A stretch of 64,000 nucleotides of DNA from Eukaryota sp. TZLM1-RC (GCA_040285825.1 JAUPSS010000004.1:930001-994000), one strand, 5' to 3'. Counted from the first letter of the stretch, positions 47,471-61,674 are shown. Notes: generated from the sequence alone by a model not told the origin. A program made the numbers and translations.

Positions 47471-50078
47471 ATGCCCAACGGCAACACTTGTGACACAAGA
47501 TTTGTCAAAGGAGGTTACGAGAACGGACTTGGCTCCCTTTCCCCTCCCAAACATAGAATCTGTCAGCAAGGATACGGATGTAAATCCCACCTTAGACACG
47601 TCTTCTCCCCTAGCAATATACGACGAACTCCAATCTCAATTAGAGGAGATGGAATGGGAAACGACTCATTAGAGGGATTCTTTAAGCTTTTAAAAAAGGA
47701 TGCAGAAGCCTACCTCCAGCCTACATATTTCTGTCTGTTCGAGCAACTTCCTCCTCTATGGAGTGCCATTCCAAAGCGAGGCGTTCGGGCGTAACGCAGA
47801 GCGACGTCCCAAACTGTCTGGTTTGGAAAAGAATGAAAGAGATAATGACCCTTCCCATCAAGGATAGATTGGACTGGAAGGCTACTCATTTGGATCAATT
47901 CAGCAGAAGGGTAAGATTTCTTTCCATCGAGCAGAGATGTAGGACAGACTCAGAAGACATCATACAATCTGAATTACTTGGCTGGCTTGATCCCAACTTC
48001 GATAAGGAAATTCATGGAGCAGGAAGAGAGTAGTAATCCGGAAAAGCTTGAACCAGTAACACCCTGGTTCGACGCTGATGTTCTAAACAATATTCATACG
48101 GAATGATCATCTGTATCCACGTATAGGAGTCGTCCCAACAACTATGTCCAACAAAATGGTAACTCGTTCACGAAACAACGAGATTTCAGACAATGGTTAA
48201 CGGGAAATCCATCCACATCTCTACACGTTCCCAAATTACCTGTCGTAGCTCCCATAATTTAAAAATAAAAGTAAACCAATTCAGGTTTGCTCTACAGCAT
48301 ACCCGAACACGTTCCAACAGTAAACGTCCGGGTACCTGTAGGAAGGCAAGATGTTACACCTAAGGAAGAGCCAACTTCCTCTCGACCCATGGAAAGTGAA
48401 ATTGAAGAAGATACAAAGTTAAATGGGCCAGTCGTCAGAGAAACGGCTCTTCCTCAACCCTCAGTAAGAGTTTATTCTTCAGACAGACCCATGAGTATTG
48501 AGGGCCTCCCATCCTCAAGAAGAGCTATTGATATGAGCATAGCTAGCAGCCTGCATAGACAAATTGACCTACGGTCAAAAGACATCGATTATAAAAGACC
48601 TCGGTTATCCGCTGATGACCCCATCAATAAAATGTCTATCATAGCTTTTCTTTTAAAATATCAAACTTGGGATAAATACGGGCGAAAGAGAGCTTATAGA
48701 AGCTTTGAAGCCCCAGGTCAATCAGATTAGACCAGAGCCTTCATGATGGCTACCCAGCTATTTGGAGAAGGCCAAGCAGAAATAACCCAAGAAAGGATTA
48801 AAGATCTCCCCAAATATATACGCGACAAGATCACTAGGGATACAACACAGCCTTTGGTAAGAATTGACCCAGCTATAACAGAAAGCTCGGACCCCCAATC
48901 CACCATTATGATTTATTCAGGAGCATGATGATGAGCACTTGCTGTGCAGGAATATCTAGCATGATCGACCCTAGCCTTCTATCTAGGTGGCAGAGTCAAG
49001 GTTTACTCGGTATTGATTAAACCGAATGAACTGGGGAAAAATCCACAATAACCATGAGGCTGACAATGAGTTTAGTCGGTATGTAGAAGATTTTGGAGAC
49101 GTCATGAGAATGACCACCTACATGACCGACCTAACCATCTCTGATTTAGTGAGAAAAAGCAGTGGGTTGATAACCATATCTCCCGCTCTAATAGCCGAAT
49201 ACTTCCTTATGGGGTTGATTAACTTTGCAATATCAAGCAACCTCCTCCCAGTAAGGACTAGACAATCTTTGTGGGATTCACCAAACAGGACCACTTAACT
49301 CGATTTAATATAGATAACTAGAAGGAACTTCCTCTCTTGGTGTTTCACAGCGGCAAACAAACCCACAATGGACATACTAAGGAACAGGGCTCATGAAGAA
49401 GACATTCCTTTGGGACTCGTGGTGATGAGAACTTATTCAATTGGAATAACCCCATCAGCCCAACCTCCAACAAAACGGCCTAGAAGTTCAGGTGGAAAGT
49501 CAAGAGGAACCCTTCAACACAAATTCATTCCTGAAAAGCACGAACGAGAGGGCTCAAAATTCTGTACATTCTATAGCAACGTCGAAGGTAAAAACCATGT
49601 CTGCCACACTGTATTCGAATACAAAGACACTCGTTGTGCTAGAAGCCAAGTTCCCAAAGAGCAAACAAACTGCTACTCATTTGGTCAAACCTTGCTTGTC
49701 CTCTTTGCCTCCCGAGATCTTGAATTCCTACGTAGCTGCTGATTCTGGCGAACTAATTCATGGTGCCATAATCGATGTCTCTGAAAACTCCGCAACTGTT
49801 CTTTGGTCAGACGGAACCACTACTGGCCAGCCCGTTGACTCTATCCATAATACCACAGCATATTCACGGTTCATGAAGCTCTCTATTGATCCTCCGAAAA
49901 CCCGACGAAAAAGAAAGAAAAGGCAGTGTTAGCAGTAGATAAACGTGACTTGCCTTTTTTGGAAAGTGATCACGTCATCACGTATTTAAATTCTAGTTTT
50001 ACTTTTTTATAGTTGATTTTCTTATATTCTGTCCATAAACTTCTGTTTTTGTTTATGTATTGTGTATGAAAAGCAACA
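47471..50078 (+). mobile_element. Decayed second gag joined to a chromodomain-like tail (pol absent), then PPT and LTR 49927-50078
   Basis: FLMGL..QSLW..LSW and KFCTF..H..CARS parallel gag at 42990-43370; AADSG..VLW..TT.QP..TTAY parallels the integrase tail; PPT gaaaaagaaagaaaaggcag then TGTTAGC...GCAACA. Confidence 0.75.
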
Positions 50079-50714
50079 GAAGATCCCAATTAGCCCAACT
50101 ATTCATGACCAACTATCTCCCAATTATCTAAAAATTAAAAATCAGTTTATGATCACTGACGACTTCCTCGTTTCTTCCTACCAGAATATGTCTTAGATAA
50201 TGAAAAACCAAACCAAAAAAGTGAGAGCTAAATACACTATGCATTATGCTTAACATTTGCATGAATAAGTATCTCGACGGCTGAATAGATGCACCAATAA
50301 AAAGGCTAAACTTGTAACAATAAAAGGAAATGCTAAAACAAAAATGAAACAAAGATTGATTGGATTTCGCTAATGTGTAATTGAAAACCGTTTTGATGAC
50401 TTCAAACGCACTATGGATCTAGTTGATAGACCTGAAAGACCTGTCTATCAACTTTTCATTCAATACTTCCACAATGACTTTCAAGAGATAATGGCTGGAG
50501 TGAAAAATTTATACTATTCTGAAAAATGCAACCCAATGAAATGCAACCTAAGATTTTATATCAACATGATTGTCAGAAGTAAAAAAGACGCAGACGATAA
50601 TCCCCTATTAACTCTCAACTGTTTCCCAATAACTGTCTCTAATTTTGCCTAACACTTTCTGGTGGACTCACTCAAAATTTGCGATCACTTTTTGATCAAG
50701 AAAATTGCCTGAAG

Positions 50715-51378
50715 TTGTACCCACTAGTAGACCTCTCCAACCTTTAGTGTAACGAAGGTGCCGCCAGCTGCAATGCAAATATTAGCAGCTCCTTCTTGAT
50801 GGTCTTGTGTCTTCAAAGCTTAACTTCTTCCGCTCGTATGCAATTGGCCACAACTGCCCTGCACGAGCCACTTATGCTGGCTCTCTACTTCACAACAACA
50901 CGAATTTTCGAACACCTCTTCTGTCTTGGTTCAGCACACACCATACATTGCCTCTCACTCTGTTTAACTTCTTGGTTGGTGATCCTCAAAGGTACAACAC
51001 TCTTCTTTCTTCCCAAAGAGCGATTCTTAATTAATGAAATAGTACCTACATTTTTTGTTGCGGATCAACAATCCAAAACCATCCTTTCAAAGCAAGCCTT
51101 TCCACATACCTTCAAACGACATACACTCACCCCTGTTGCTTGTTTGTTGCTTGTTCATAGCACCAGCATGACCAACATCAGCAGCTTTTTTGAACCAATT
51201 TGTAAATGGTCTTGATCAACACCTACATTTACACATACCTTCAGATGACAGAGACTCATCCCATATGCTAGTTTGAAGTCTGCTTTTGCTCCCTTTTCCC
51301 AGTGCATTTTGAACCACTTGAATCCAAATATACATCAAAAACACTCTTAAACAACCCTTATTCGTTCTTCAAGACTGT
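50715..51378 (-). repeat. Copy of the unidentified 13.2-14.2 kb repeat containing a ~70-bp Sel1 fragment (51155-51225)
   Basis: ORF 50796-51215 parallels 13582-13809; tcatagcaccagcatgaccaacatcagcagcttttttgaaccaat matches 62981-63025. Confidence 0.8.
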
Positions 51379-51399
51379 CACCACTGTTGAGACAGCGCA

Positions 51400-52175
51400 C
51401 AACCAACATTTAAAAGTTGACATGAATCGGAACGTCCAAGACTTCGAAAACCACTTCATGACTGGGAGCTGCGGCTCAGGTAGACCCCAAGAATTGCTTC
51501 GTGCGTTACGCCACAGTGCTTAGCCGCTCTTAGAGCTCAGAGTAGATTTCATCTCTGCATCTCTCAATATTATTACTGCATCAATATTATTGATGAACAA
51601 CAATTGCGAGTCAATATAGTACTTTAGAGACGGCGAGTAACCAATTATAGAGAATACACTTGAATTGGGATATTCAAGACTTCAGCGAACGTTGGGGAGA
51701 CTTTACTGTCCGCTAAATGAGAACTGTCTCATGAAGCACATCCATTTCAGAGGTTAGAGCCAGTGATAAAGCCATTGACGCCAAACAATTCAGTGTATTC
51801 AAAATCAATCACTGATAACTTATAAAAAGTGTAATCCACTCCCATCATTTGGCAACACCACTCAGTGTAAGTCTTTGTCGATATTCTGACTGCTGATCAC
51901 ATGAGTTGGTGTTCAGCCAGATCTTATGACAAGCAGAGAAGTAATATTAGAGATGGCTACCAACAGCATATGGGCCATTACGTAAGAGCTAACTCAAAAA
52001 TATGAAACGCATCGGAAAATTCAAACCCACGGGTTCCAGCAGCATCTCTCCAAATCATCCAAGTAAACACCAGAAGGACCAGATCAAAAAGGAAAGAGAC
52101 GTGTCGAATATAGGTAGATTCTGTGGTAATCCTGGTAACACCATTAAAAAACACCCAGACTGTCAGAGGTCAAAA
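51400..52175 (+). mobile_element. Decayed gag remnant
   Basis: Ends in RFCGNPGNTIKKHPDCQRS, a degenerate form of the same knuckle. Confidence 0.45.
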
Positions 52176-52698
52176 ATATAAATAAAAATAGATTAATCCC
52201 GTTGAAACCCTCTTGAAACCCTGTTTTAAAAAACCCCTTTTTGACTTACAACTATACCTATTGTAAATAGTGAACCTACAAAGAGCCAAAAACATGTAGA
52301 CTATACAGACACACGTAATCAGATCTTTCTTGACTGTAATCAACTTCAAACAGTCTAAAACTAAATGATTGATGATTACTCAGTCGTTTATGTATGTATT
52401 TATAGAGACTCTAAATACAAAGAATTACTCTCAATATTTGGTAGAGACTCTATATTAAAATTAAACAATGTGGACCAAGAAATAAAGTGTATTCTAATGT
52501 TGAAATTAGTACACTAATTCCCAGTCCTGTTGAATTTTTTGATCAATTTCCAACCTGAATTATAACATTAGAAAATGAAAGCAAAAACTTATATTTGCTT
52601 TAATATTCAACTTTGATGTTCAAGATCTGGTATTCTTAATTGTCAATGGGGGTTTTAAATATGTGTTTTGATATTGATTTGTTCAAAACTTCTTAATT

Positions 52699-53600
52699 TT
52701 AAAATCCATTAAACGAAATAATTAAATGCAACAGTGGTAAATATTCAAGAAAATAGTTATTGAACATGACAAGGTTTGTATTATAAATAATCACTGTTTT
52801 GGTTAATTCAAATGGACCATTAGTAGCAGTTGAATCACGAAGAAAAACAGTTTCTAAATCAATAATAGAATCAGTAGCAAAAAGAAATTGACAATCAACA
52901 ACTACATCATCAAAATCAACATTGGATTTAACAAGGGTAATAAGAGGTTGACCATTAGCACATCCACTGATAATTTTACCATCAGAATCAACTGGACCTA
53001 AAGTTTTGACATTAGTGAACTCCAAGTTTGAATCACCAAATGTGATAAATGAACAAAACCAAGGGTATGGATACACTTACAAGATAAAAACAAAGTAAAA
53101 GTCTAGCATAAGTTCCAAAGGATGAAAAGATTGAGTTAAAATGGACAAAAAAAACGTATAAGTAAAAAGAAATTGGGTGGTTAGCTTGGGGGTTTATGTT
53201 CTGAAAAAAGCCAAGAATAAGAATGAAAGAACTAACAAAGAAGATGATCTTAGGCAATGACAACGAGAACAATGTCGTTGAACAACAACAATATCGAAAG
53301 CAAGGATGATGAGTATCAAGAGGATGTTGATACTGGGAGGATGGAGTGTTAAGCATTCTGTTCAAACGAGGGCAAGGGCTGGGTAGGAAGGATCACACGA
53401 GTATCAGTGCCATGGATGAAGAGGTTTGAATGATGGAATTGTACGATGGATAAAGTTGTTGGGATGAAGGAATGAAAGAGCAAAGCTGATGGTCACAGAG
53501 AGCAGCTTGTGGAGGAGGTGTAAATTCGTTGAAACTCCATTGTTGAGATACTTCAAGAAATCCTTTTGTGTTGCTGAAACCTTTGATAACCACCAATCAA
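52699..53600 (-). pseudogene. Fragmented unknown protein gene, possibly secreted or membrane-bound
   Basis: Three consecutive same-strand ORFs; no family recognised. Confidence 0.3.
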
Positions 53601-53674
53601 TGATGTTTTGCTTAGTTTGAAAAGATTTGATATTTCTTTATGACGCTTTTGAATTTAATTTGTCATTATAAAAA

Positions 53675-53815
53675 GATTGCCTCGGTTTTTCAATCGAATA
53701 AGGAAGCTCTAGCTAGATATCAAGCAGATCAAGATTCTGTAGAGGAAATCTTTGTTCAATGAATTTCGTCCCATTAGTTATGAGTTAATTTGTCAAGTGT
53801 GCATGTTTAATAAAT
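53675..53815 (+). mobile_element. CRE-like family C extreme 3' end
   Basis: Matches 20495-20635. Confidence 0.8.
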
Positions 53816-53872
53816 AACTAAATAAGATTTATCAACATCTTTTCCCGAAAACTTTTCCATTTTCAATGTTTT

Positions 53873-56800
53873 TTTTCTCCCTCCCTTAGTCAAGCCTTTC
53901 ATATTTTACTTTCTGTCAAGGCGTCAAAGTCGTACTGTTTCTCTGTCAAAACGATTCCTTTGGCTGATAGTGACTCTGATACTGATTGGAACGCCCAAGC
54001 AAAGATTCTACCAGTCAGATCAAGCTCATCCACTCCACTTCCCCACTCTCCCCACAATACAAGCTATGCTCGAAATTCGTCTCAAAAAAATTTTCATTCA
54101 AAAACTGATCATTGTACCAGAAAAAACACAGAAAAACCACCATTACGTTCCTTGCGTTCTGTTGCGCGTTCTATTAACAACTCCGTTTCTCGAAATTTGT
54201 TTTCTCCAGCTGAAACTGCAAAAAGTCAAAAGTCTATTTCTACTTTCAACTCAAAAATTGACAAAATTGAAAGAACTAAAAAAATGAAACCACTGCCATT
54301 AAAAGGTTCTCAAAAAGGTTCGATTTGTGGTATCAGTGGTCATAATTCGAGAACGTGCCCTGAGAAACAAAAAAGAGAATTTGAATTAAAATCTGCTCAA
54401 TAAATTCTCAAATGTTCTGTTCCAGCTGTTGCCGTTGTGAAAGGTGCTGAAAATAATGTTTCTGACGATCAACAGTTAAATGCTTCTAGTGTTCCCTCTT
54501 CTTCCCCTTCTGAAAACAGTAATTTTTGTTGTCCAATTTTCAAAAAAGATGTTGCAGATTCACGAAATGGTCGAAAACTTCTGTTTTGTACGAATTGTAA
54601 AGCCGTTGATACCGTAAGACCCCCGATCCGGATCCCAGTAGAAATAAGTCCCGCCAGTACAATCCCCTTCTCAATGGAAATGAGAAATTTTACTTCTGAA
54701 TTGAAAAATAATAAGTGGAATATTTCATCCTTCTGGAAATATTTTGCTAGAAAAAACAAAAATTGTTCTAAGAAAAAATTTGGAAATAGAAAAATTGTGA
54801 AATCAAAAATTTGCCGTAAATTGTGCTTACGTGGTCGTTATGGTGCCGCAAAGCAGTCTTTGTTTTCCTCTTCTTTGGCTGATGCAAACTCTGATACCCT
54901 TGAAAAACTTCAAAAGTTGCATCCTCAAAAAAATTTCAAGTGTAGCAAGCCTGAAGTGTGTCCTTTTTGGATTGAAAATCCTATTACTGCAATTGAAGTT
55001 CTTAAAGCTATTCAAAAATTGCCGAAGGGGAAAGCAGCAGGCCCATCTGGAATTTCTTTTGATCTGTTAAAAATAGCGTGTTCCAGTGCTCCCGAAATTG
55101 CTGATGATCTAGCCCACTATTTTCAACAATTGATTGTTTTGAAAAATAATCCTCCATTTGAATTACTCGCAGCACGTCTGATTGCTTTAGTAAAGCCTGG
55201 AAACGGAATCAATCCTGATGGAATACGACCAATTGCTGTTGGTGAATCTCTATCTCGTTAGCTGGCATCAATTGTCTTCGATCGTGTCAAAGACAAAGCT
55301 TCTATATTTTTGAATCCTCATCAATTTAGAATCAAAACAATTGATGGTGCTTCTGTTGCTGCTATTGCCTCTGATACCTTTTTTAATGCAGAGGAAAATA
55401 ATTTTATTTTTAATCCCGACTTTAAAAATGCTTTTAATTCTGTAAAGCGAGAAGCAATTTTTGATGTTATTAAATCTGATTTTCCTGAGCTATCGAGTTT
55501 TTTCTACCATTTTTATGGGAAAGAATCAGATTTAATTTCTAATTCATTTGGTCTTAAATCATCTTCTGGAGTGAAGCAGGGAGATCCTTTAGGCCCATTA
55601 TTGTTTTGTTTAGCTATTCACAAAACTTTAAATATCATTAAGCAAAAATACCCTTCTATAAAAATTGTTGCTTATATGGATGATATATCCTTGATTGGTT
55701 CATTTGATTTACTAGAATTGGTTGCTCAAGAAATTGCCGATTCATATGAAAATATTGGGCTTCATCTTAATGCCAGCAAATGCCTTCTGATCGGCTCTTC
55801 TGCTCAAGACCTCGTGATAAACGATTCTATTGTCCCTTTTACTAATTATAGTAGTGATGCTTTTAAGTTACTTGGTTGTTGGTTAGGAAATGTGCCTCAA
55901 ATTCAGAATGAATGGCAAGTTATTTTGGAAAAAATGAAAATTGAACTTGATTCAATTTCTTCTTTAGATATAGAGAAACATATTAAATTTTTCATGCTTA
56001 AAATTAGCTACACTGGGAGAATATCCCACATTTTGAGATCTTGTGCTCCTTCCATAGCATTAGATTTTTGTCGTTCTTTTAATTCATTGAGAACAGAATT
56101 TTTTGCTGATTTATTGGATGTAGAACCAGGAATGTTGAAAAGCCATTTATTTTCTTCAGCAAATTTGGGTGGTATTGGTTTTACTAAATCTTCAATTGTG
56201 TGTCAATCAGCATTCTTGGGTGGTGGCAAAAATTTTATTTATGAATTTTCTCGTAGATTTCCTGATGATTCTCATCTGTTAGTCCCCAATTGAAGTCCCT
56301 ATTTGTATGAGTTATCTTGTGAACTTGAAAAATTACCGCCACAAATTTGGACCAAATGTTTTCCTCAATCAATTCAAGAAATTCCAAACCGATCTCTATT
56401 TAATTTACAGTTTTGCTGTAAAGAGCTTCAACAAAAATTGTCAAAGATTTTTGAAAGCTTGGATTTTGATGTTAGACTTGGCTTGCCCAAGAAAAAGAAT
56501 CCCGCTTTTGCAAATCTTTTACAAGATATGTGTGACAGTACTTCTTCTGCCTTAGTAACAACAATTCCACAAGTTTATGGTACTCTCTTATCCGATTCTG
56601 CTTGGACTCTGAATATGAGATTTCGTTCCTTTATCTGGCCTGATAATTTACCTCATAATGTAATTTGTAAATGTTCTCGAGAAATTACAACTACTCATTT
56701 GTTAAATTGTAAACATTTTATTACTTTTAGAAGCAAGGTTCATGATGCTGTAAGAGACTAGTTATATTGTATGTGTAAATCTCATAGAATTGAATCCTTC

Positions 56801-57352
56801 TTGGAACCTCTGTTGTCAAATCAGTTTGATGCTGAAGATGATTTTCATAAGAATAATAGAGGTAATGTCATATTACCTGGATTAGATGGAAGTTTCATTT
56901 TATTGGATGTAATGTCTGTTGATCCTTGTAATGCCTCAAATGAAAGGCTAGTTAATTCTGAAATTCATAATCCCCTTTCAAATGCTGAAAATTTTAAATT
57001 CAAAAAATACAATGAACCCTTGTCCAAATTGGCCAGTCTACAGCATGCAAAATACAATTTGTATCCATTTGTATTTTCCCTTTTTGGTTCACTTGCACCA
57101 ACTGCTTTACGTTTTTTGGATGATTTTGAAATGATTGTAAAGAGAAGAACTGGCAGAAATTTCAACAGATTGTTTTGGCAAAATAGAATTGTGTTTTCTA
57201 TTTTTAAGGGGATGTTGAAGATGGTTTCTGATGCTTTGCTTTCTCTTGGATCTCACTATGAGAGAGTTGCATCTAGTGTTTTTGTTCTGGGAGAGATGGA
57301 TTTTTTAGATGTTGATTTATAGGTTTTGAATAAAATTAAATTTTAAAAAAAA
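53873..57352 (+). mobile_element. Apparently full-length CRE-like (RLE) non-LTR retrotransposon, family A; one reading frame with four premature stops
   Basis: GHNSRTC knuckle, KAAGPSG, RPIAVGE, FKNAFN, QGDPLGPLLF, YMDD, HLLNC, RLE. ORF pieces across 53960-57322 are all in one frame. A8 tail; candidate TSD attttcaatgtttt at 53859-53872 and 57355-57368. Confidence 0.93.
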
Positions 57353-58174
57353 GAATTTTCAATGTTTTAAATTAACCCTCTTATTCGAAAATGGTTATAA
57401 TTGTGCAACGTTTTTCTATTTTTTGTTGAATAAAATCCAATGAATAAAGGTTAATAATATATTGTGTTTTGTCTTTGAACAAGTGTCGGTAAAATATCAT
57501 TTTTATGACATTTTTCCCGAAAATTAAAAAATAAAAATATTTCTTCCACCACCTTGGAGTGGATTCACTCTTTATTTATTACACAGCTGCTGATATGAGA
57601 TTTCAAGTGACATCATAATCTTACAACAAACCAGAATTTTTAACTTGCTTTTCCATTATTTCAATGATTTTGCATTGTCTCGTTATTTGATTAAAAAAAT
57701 TGTCCAGAAAGCAATTAATTGTCAATATATAGCAAAATTGAAACATAATGGATTTCAGTCACAGACAAAATTTTAATTTCTTTTCACCATATCATATGAA
57801 TCTCCAGTAAACTATCGAAATTTTTTCTTATTCAATCTAAATATAAATCAACTCTATTGAAGCTGGTGAGATCCCAAGTGATTTTTGACATGGATTTCTA
57901 CTTCTTACTTCACTTGTCAACCGTCCGATAGATCACAGGTTCCATAATCCAATGTTTTTCAGTTATGTTTTTCAAAATTTAAGGCATAAAAATAGAAAAT
58001 GGCTCATCTCGATTTAAATTCATCTGATCATTTGAATTAATTTCTTCTCAACGATTTTTATTTGCTAATTAATCATGAAACTATATTTGTTCAATTTTTG
58101 GTTAAAACTGAAAATAAATGAATTTAACATTAATAAACAAAGTTATTTATTGAATAGACCACAGTACTTTATAA

Positions 58175-58615
58175 TCTTCAGCTTCTTGAACTTCTGGTAT
58201 GCCAATATTCTATCCTTTCAGCAGCTTCTGGATGACTAGCATCCTTGGCCTTTTCGTACCATTTAATAGCTTGGTGAAGGTCTTAAGGTACACCTTTACC
58301 ATGTGCATAACAATTACCGGAATTTAACATGGCTATTCTATCACCAGGCTGCCTTATTGAACCAATAAAATGCTTGTTGAAGGTCTTGATCAACACCTTG
58401 ACCATCTCTATAACAAACACCTAAACTACACATAGCTGATGAATTACCAGCTTCAGCTGCCTTGCTATACCAATGAAAGGCTTGTTGGTAATCTTTTTCT
58501 ACACCAACACCATGGTCATAACAATTACCTAAATTAACCACAGTATCAGCATGACCAGCATCATCACCTTTTTTGAACCAATAAAAAGCTTGTAAATGGT
58601 CTTGATCAACACCAA
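58175..58615 (-). pseudogene. Sel1-repeat 3' fragment fused to the unidentified repeat (58620-58950)
   Basis: AFYWFKKG..NLGNCY; 3' flank shared with 35726-35800 and 62110-62285. Confidence 0.85.
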
Positions 58616-59774
58616 CATTTACACACACCTTCAGACGGCCCAGACTCATCCCTATTGCTAGTTTGAAGCCTTCTTTTGTTCCCTTTTCCCAGTGTACTTT
58701 GAACCTCTTCGAATTCAAATATGCATCGAAAGCACTCTGAAGAACTCTTTTCTTTCTTCAAGACAAAAGCTAATAACTATAGTATGACCTTTATTGGTGA
58801 TAGTGTACGGATAACTTAGGCATAAGTTTACTTGATCTCGATGTATATCAAGAAACTCATTTTTTTTGAAAAGATCTGGGTTGTCCTAATTGATCCTCCT
58901 TACCATAAATCGATTGCCTTTGAGTTCAGTTGTCGGCACTGGTTAACTTTAAATTATAGTTCATTATAGTTTAAGTATATTTGTGCTCTAGCACTTAAGT
59001 GGAAGGAACCCCTTTTACCTTCGTAATAAATAATTTTATGTTTTACCTTGGTATGAACCCTCACCACATATCATGCTAGTAATCCCAACCAAGTCATTTT
59101 CTAGCTAGAGAACTTTCTGATCTCAGAAGATGACTCAAAGACCAAGATCAATATTAACTGTAAAAAAATTGATGAAAGAATGGCTCATTCTCATTCAAAA
59201 CGAGTCACGTGTTAGTTCAAATCAGTATCATGTTTATAATGACAATCAAGAATACATTGAATTAATAAAGTCTGTTTAATCCTTGTACTTTATTTACAGA
59301 ATCATTTACTTGAACATCATACGTACACCTTAAATTATTCAATAATTATTAAATTAATTCCAAAATTGTTTATTAAATCATTTATCAACAAAGGGAACTT
59401 TTAACGATCACAGGTGTTGATATAGATTTTGTGCTTACTCAAATGATTTTTTGAAAACTAGGTGTAAACTATTTAACTCAAATATTTCAAAGGAGATTAT
59501 TACGACTTGGATTATACAGATGTAAAAGGATAAGTACCTGTCAACATGCAAAGAAATTGAGAAAATTTGGTGAATAGTAATAAATCAAGTGAATAATTCT
59601 GAATTCCACTGTTTGAATATCAATCAATATGATCAAAAGACAGAACATGCTATCCAAGAGCAAACACTATGTTTTCCCAATAACATTTCTTCTTTAAATT
59701 GTTGAAATATACCATCACCTTCGGAAATTTTGTTTTATTCGATGAAATTTATTTTGAACGCTAACATAACATTA

Positions 59775-60300
59775 AACAAAAAACTAGAACTCTATATCCT
59801 CAATACACCCATCAACATCACCAAATCCCTTAAGCGCGTGATTTTCATACTCTATTCCTAATTGTAACAGTGCTTTGGTCAACATTTCTGGAATTGCTTT
59901 AAAAATATTAAAAACAATTCTATTGTGCCAGAAATTGAAGTTCAATTCTTTTCCTGCTCTTTCGTTTATTAAACTTCTGAAACCTTCAAGAAATTTAATG
60001 CCAGATATTCCAATGTTAACAAAAAGAGAAACAGCAAATGGAACCAACTGATACTTGACATGCTCAACAAGTCCTAGCTGAGATAAGGGTTCATTGTACT
60101 TTTTGATTTTGCTCTTTTCAGCAAAGCAAAGTGGAGTTTCATCTCTTTTAGCAAAATCAATTGCTCAGTCTTTACAAACATCAACAGTGACAACATCACC
60201 AACTTTAATAACACCATCAGACGCAGGGGTAATTAAATCAGCACGGCGTTTCCCAAAGGTATTTTCATCTTCATTTTCACCTTCGAAATCAAGTGACAAT
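59775..60300 (-). mobile_element. CRE-like family B endonuclease fragment
   Basis: KRRADL..VDVCK..AEKSKIKKY..VPFAVSLF..EDIEF*. Confidence 0.88.
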
Positions 60301-60358
60301 TTTACAAAATTCTTATCATGAATGAAACATTTAATTATAGAAGTTGCTGGTCAATGTG

Positions 60359-61674
60359 AAAAAATTTTATTTATTGAATTTGCACACTTGATTAAATTAA
60401 ATCATAACTAATGGGACGACTATCATTAAACCAAGATTTCCTCTACAAAATCTTGATTTGCTTGCTGTCTAGCTAAGGCTTCTCTAATTCGATTGAAAAA
60501 CCGCGGTAATCTATTAATAATGGCAAATTGAATCCGTGAACGCCATAAAATAATATCAAATCTTTTCATTGTTTTTTCTTTCACCATTTTTTGAAAGTCA
60601 TCCAAAAAAGTTTCTGCTTCAACTGATAATCTTCCATTTATCGAAAATGGGAAAGCAATAAAAACCAGCTGTGTATTTCTATCAACATTTGCATCTTCAA
60701 TTTCTTTATCATATTTTCTATGTTTTTCTTTTGCTTTAAAATCCAGAGCAGCCACAGGATTAGGTTTTCTTCTGTGAACCAAAGTATCGTTTGCAACATT
60801 ACATGAGACAAAGTCAACAATAGCTTCAGAATTACCAATCCAATCACAGTATACATCACCTCTATCATCAGAACCAAAATTATTCAGAGAAAGTGTTTCT
60901 TTCAGCAGGGGCTCTTTGATACACGATATCCTTGCAGTTTGTGCCATATTGAAAACAGTGTCTCTAACAGCATCATGTAATGAAGAACGATAAGTTATCA
61001 ATTTAGAGCAATTTAGAGCATGGCGCAAAGTGAGTTGAGGTGAATTCGAACAAATACATTTTTCATTTGATAATAATTGGTTAATGGGGATGTTCAAATA
61101 TAATCTCATTTTTGTTACAAATGCTTCATTAGTGGCACACAATCCAAATCTTCGTGGTACAATGGTTACAAAAAGTGAAGAATCTGACGACTTGTTTTCA
61201 CAAACACCCTTTTCCAATAACAATGAGTGAAGATCTTGATTTAAAACAGCCGAGCTGCATATATTATTATAAAGATCTTTTTCATACATTCCAGTCAATC
61301 TTTTCTGTAATGTTCGAAGAGTGTACTTCAAATTTAATACATTTTTTTCTGGAATAATGCCATTGAATGATTGGGGAAAACATCGACCCCATTTTTCTAC
61401 ATCAATTCTTGAAATTTCTTCATTTAATGCAAAAACAGTGGAACTTTGCGTTGTCATCAATAAATCTTCCCAATCTGCAAATCTTTCGGAAAACTCCAAG
61501 ATTGCTTTTCTGCATCCACCAACAAAAGCACACGAGGTAAGAATAGAAGCCTTCGTCCACCCTAAACCACCATAATGTGGACTAAGGTAAGCATGATCTG
61601 GAATTTGAAACATTTTACATCCCAGTAATTGAGACAGAACTTTTGCACGTAACTCATTAAACTTTTGAGTCAAA
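60359..61674 (-). mobile_element. 5'-truncated CRE-like family C element with an open 415-aa ORF and candidate 10-bp TSD
   Basis: GGLG, CIC..HALNC..R..HD, RGD..D..KEKHRKY; ggtcaatgtg at 60349-60358 and 61675-61684. Confidence 0.92.

Noticed and set aside
42406-50078. A single intact LTR element spanning the block
   Set aside because: The flanking LTR-like copies are strongly diverged, there is no TSD, and an internal PPT/LTR and a MULE fragment intervene.
53960-57322. Stop-codon reassignment (TAA/TAG = Gln) to explain the in-frame stops
   Set aside because: All three stop types occur, intact genes end in TAA/TAG at expected positions, and a sister copy has CAG at one of the sites.
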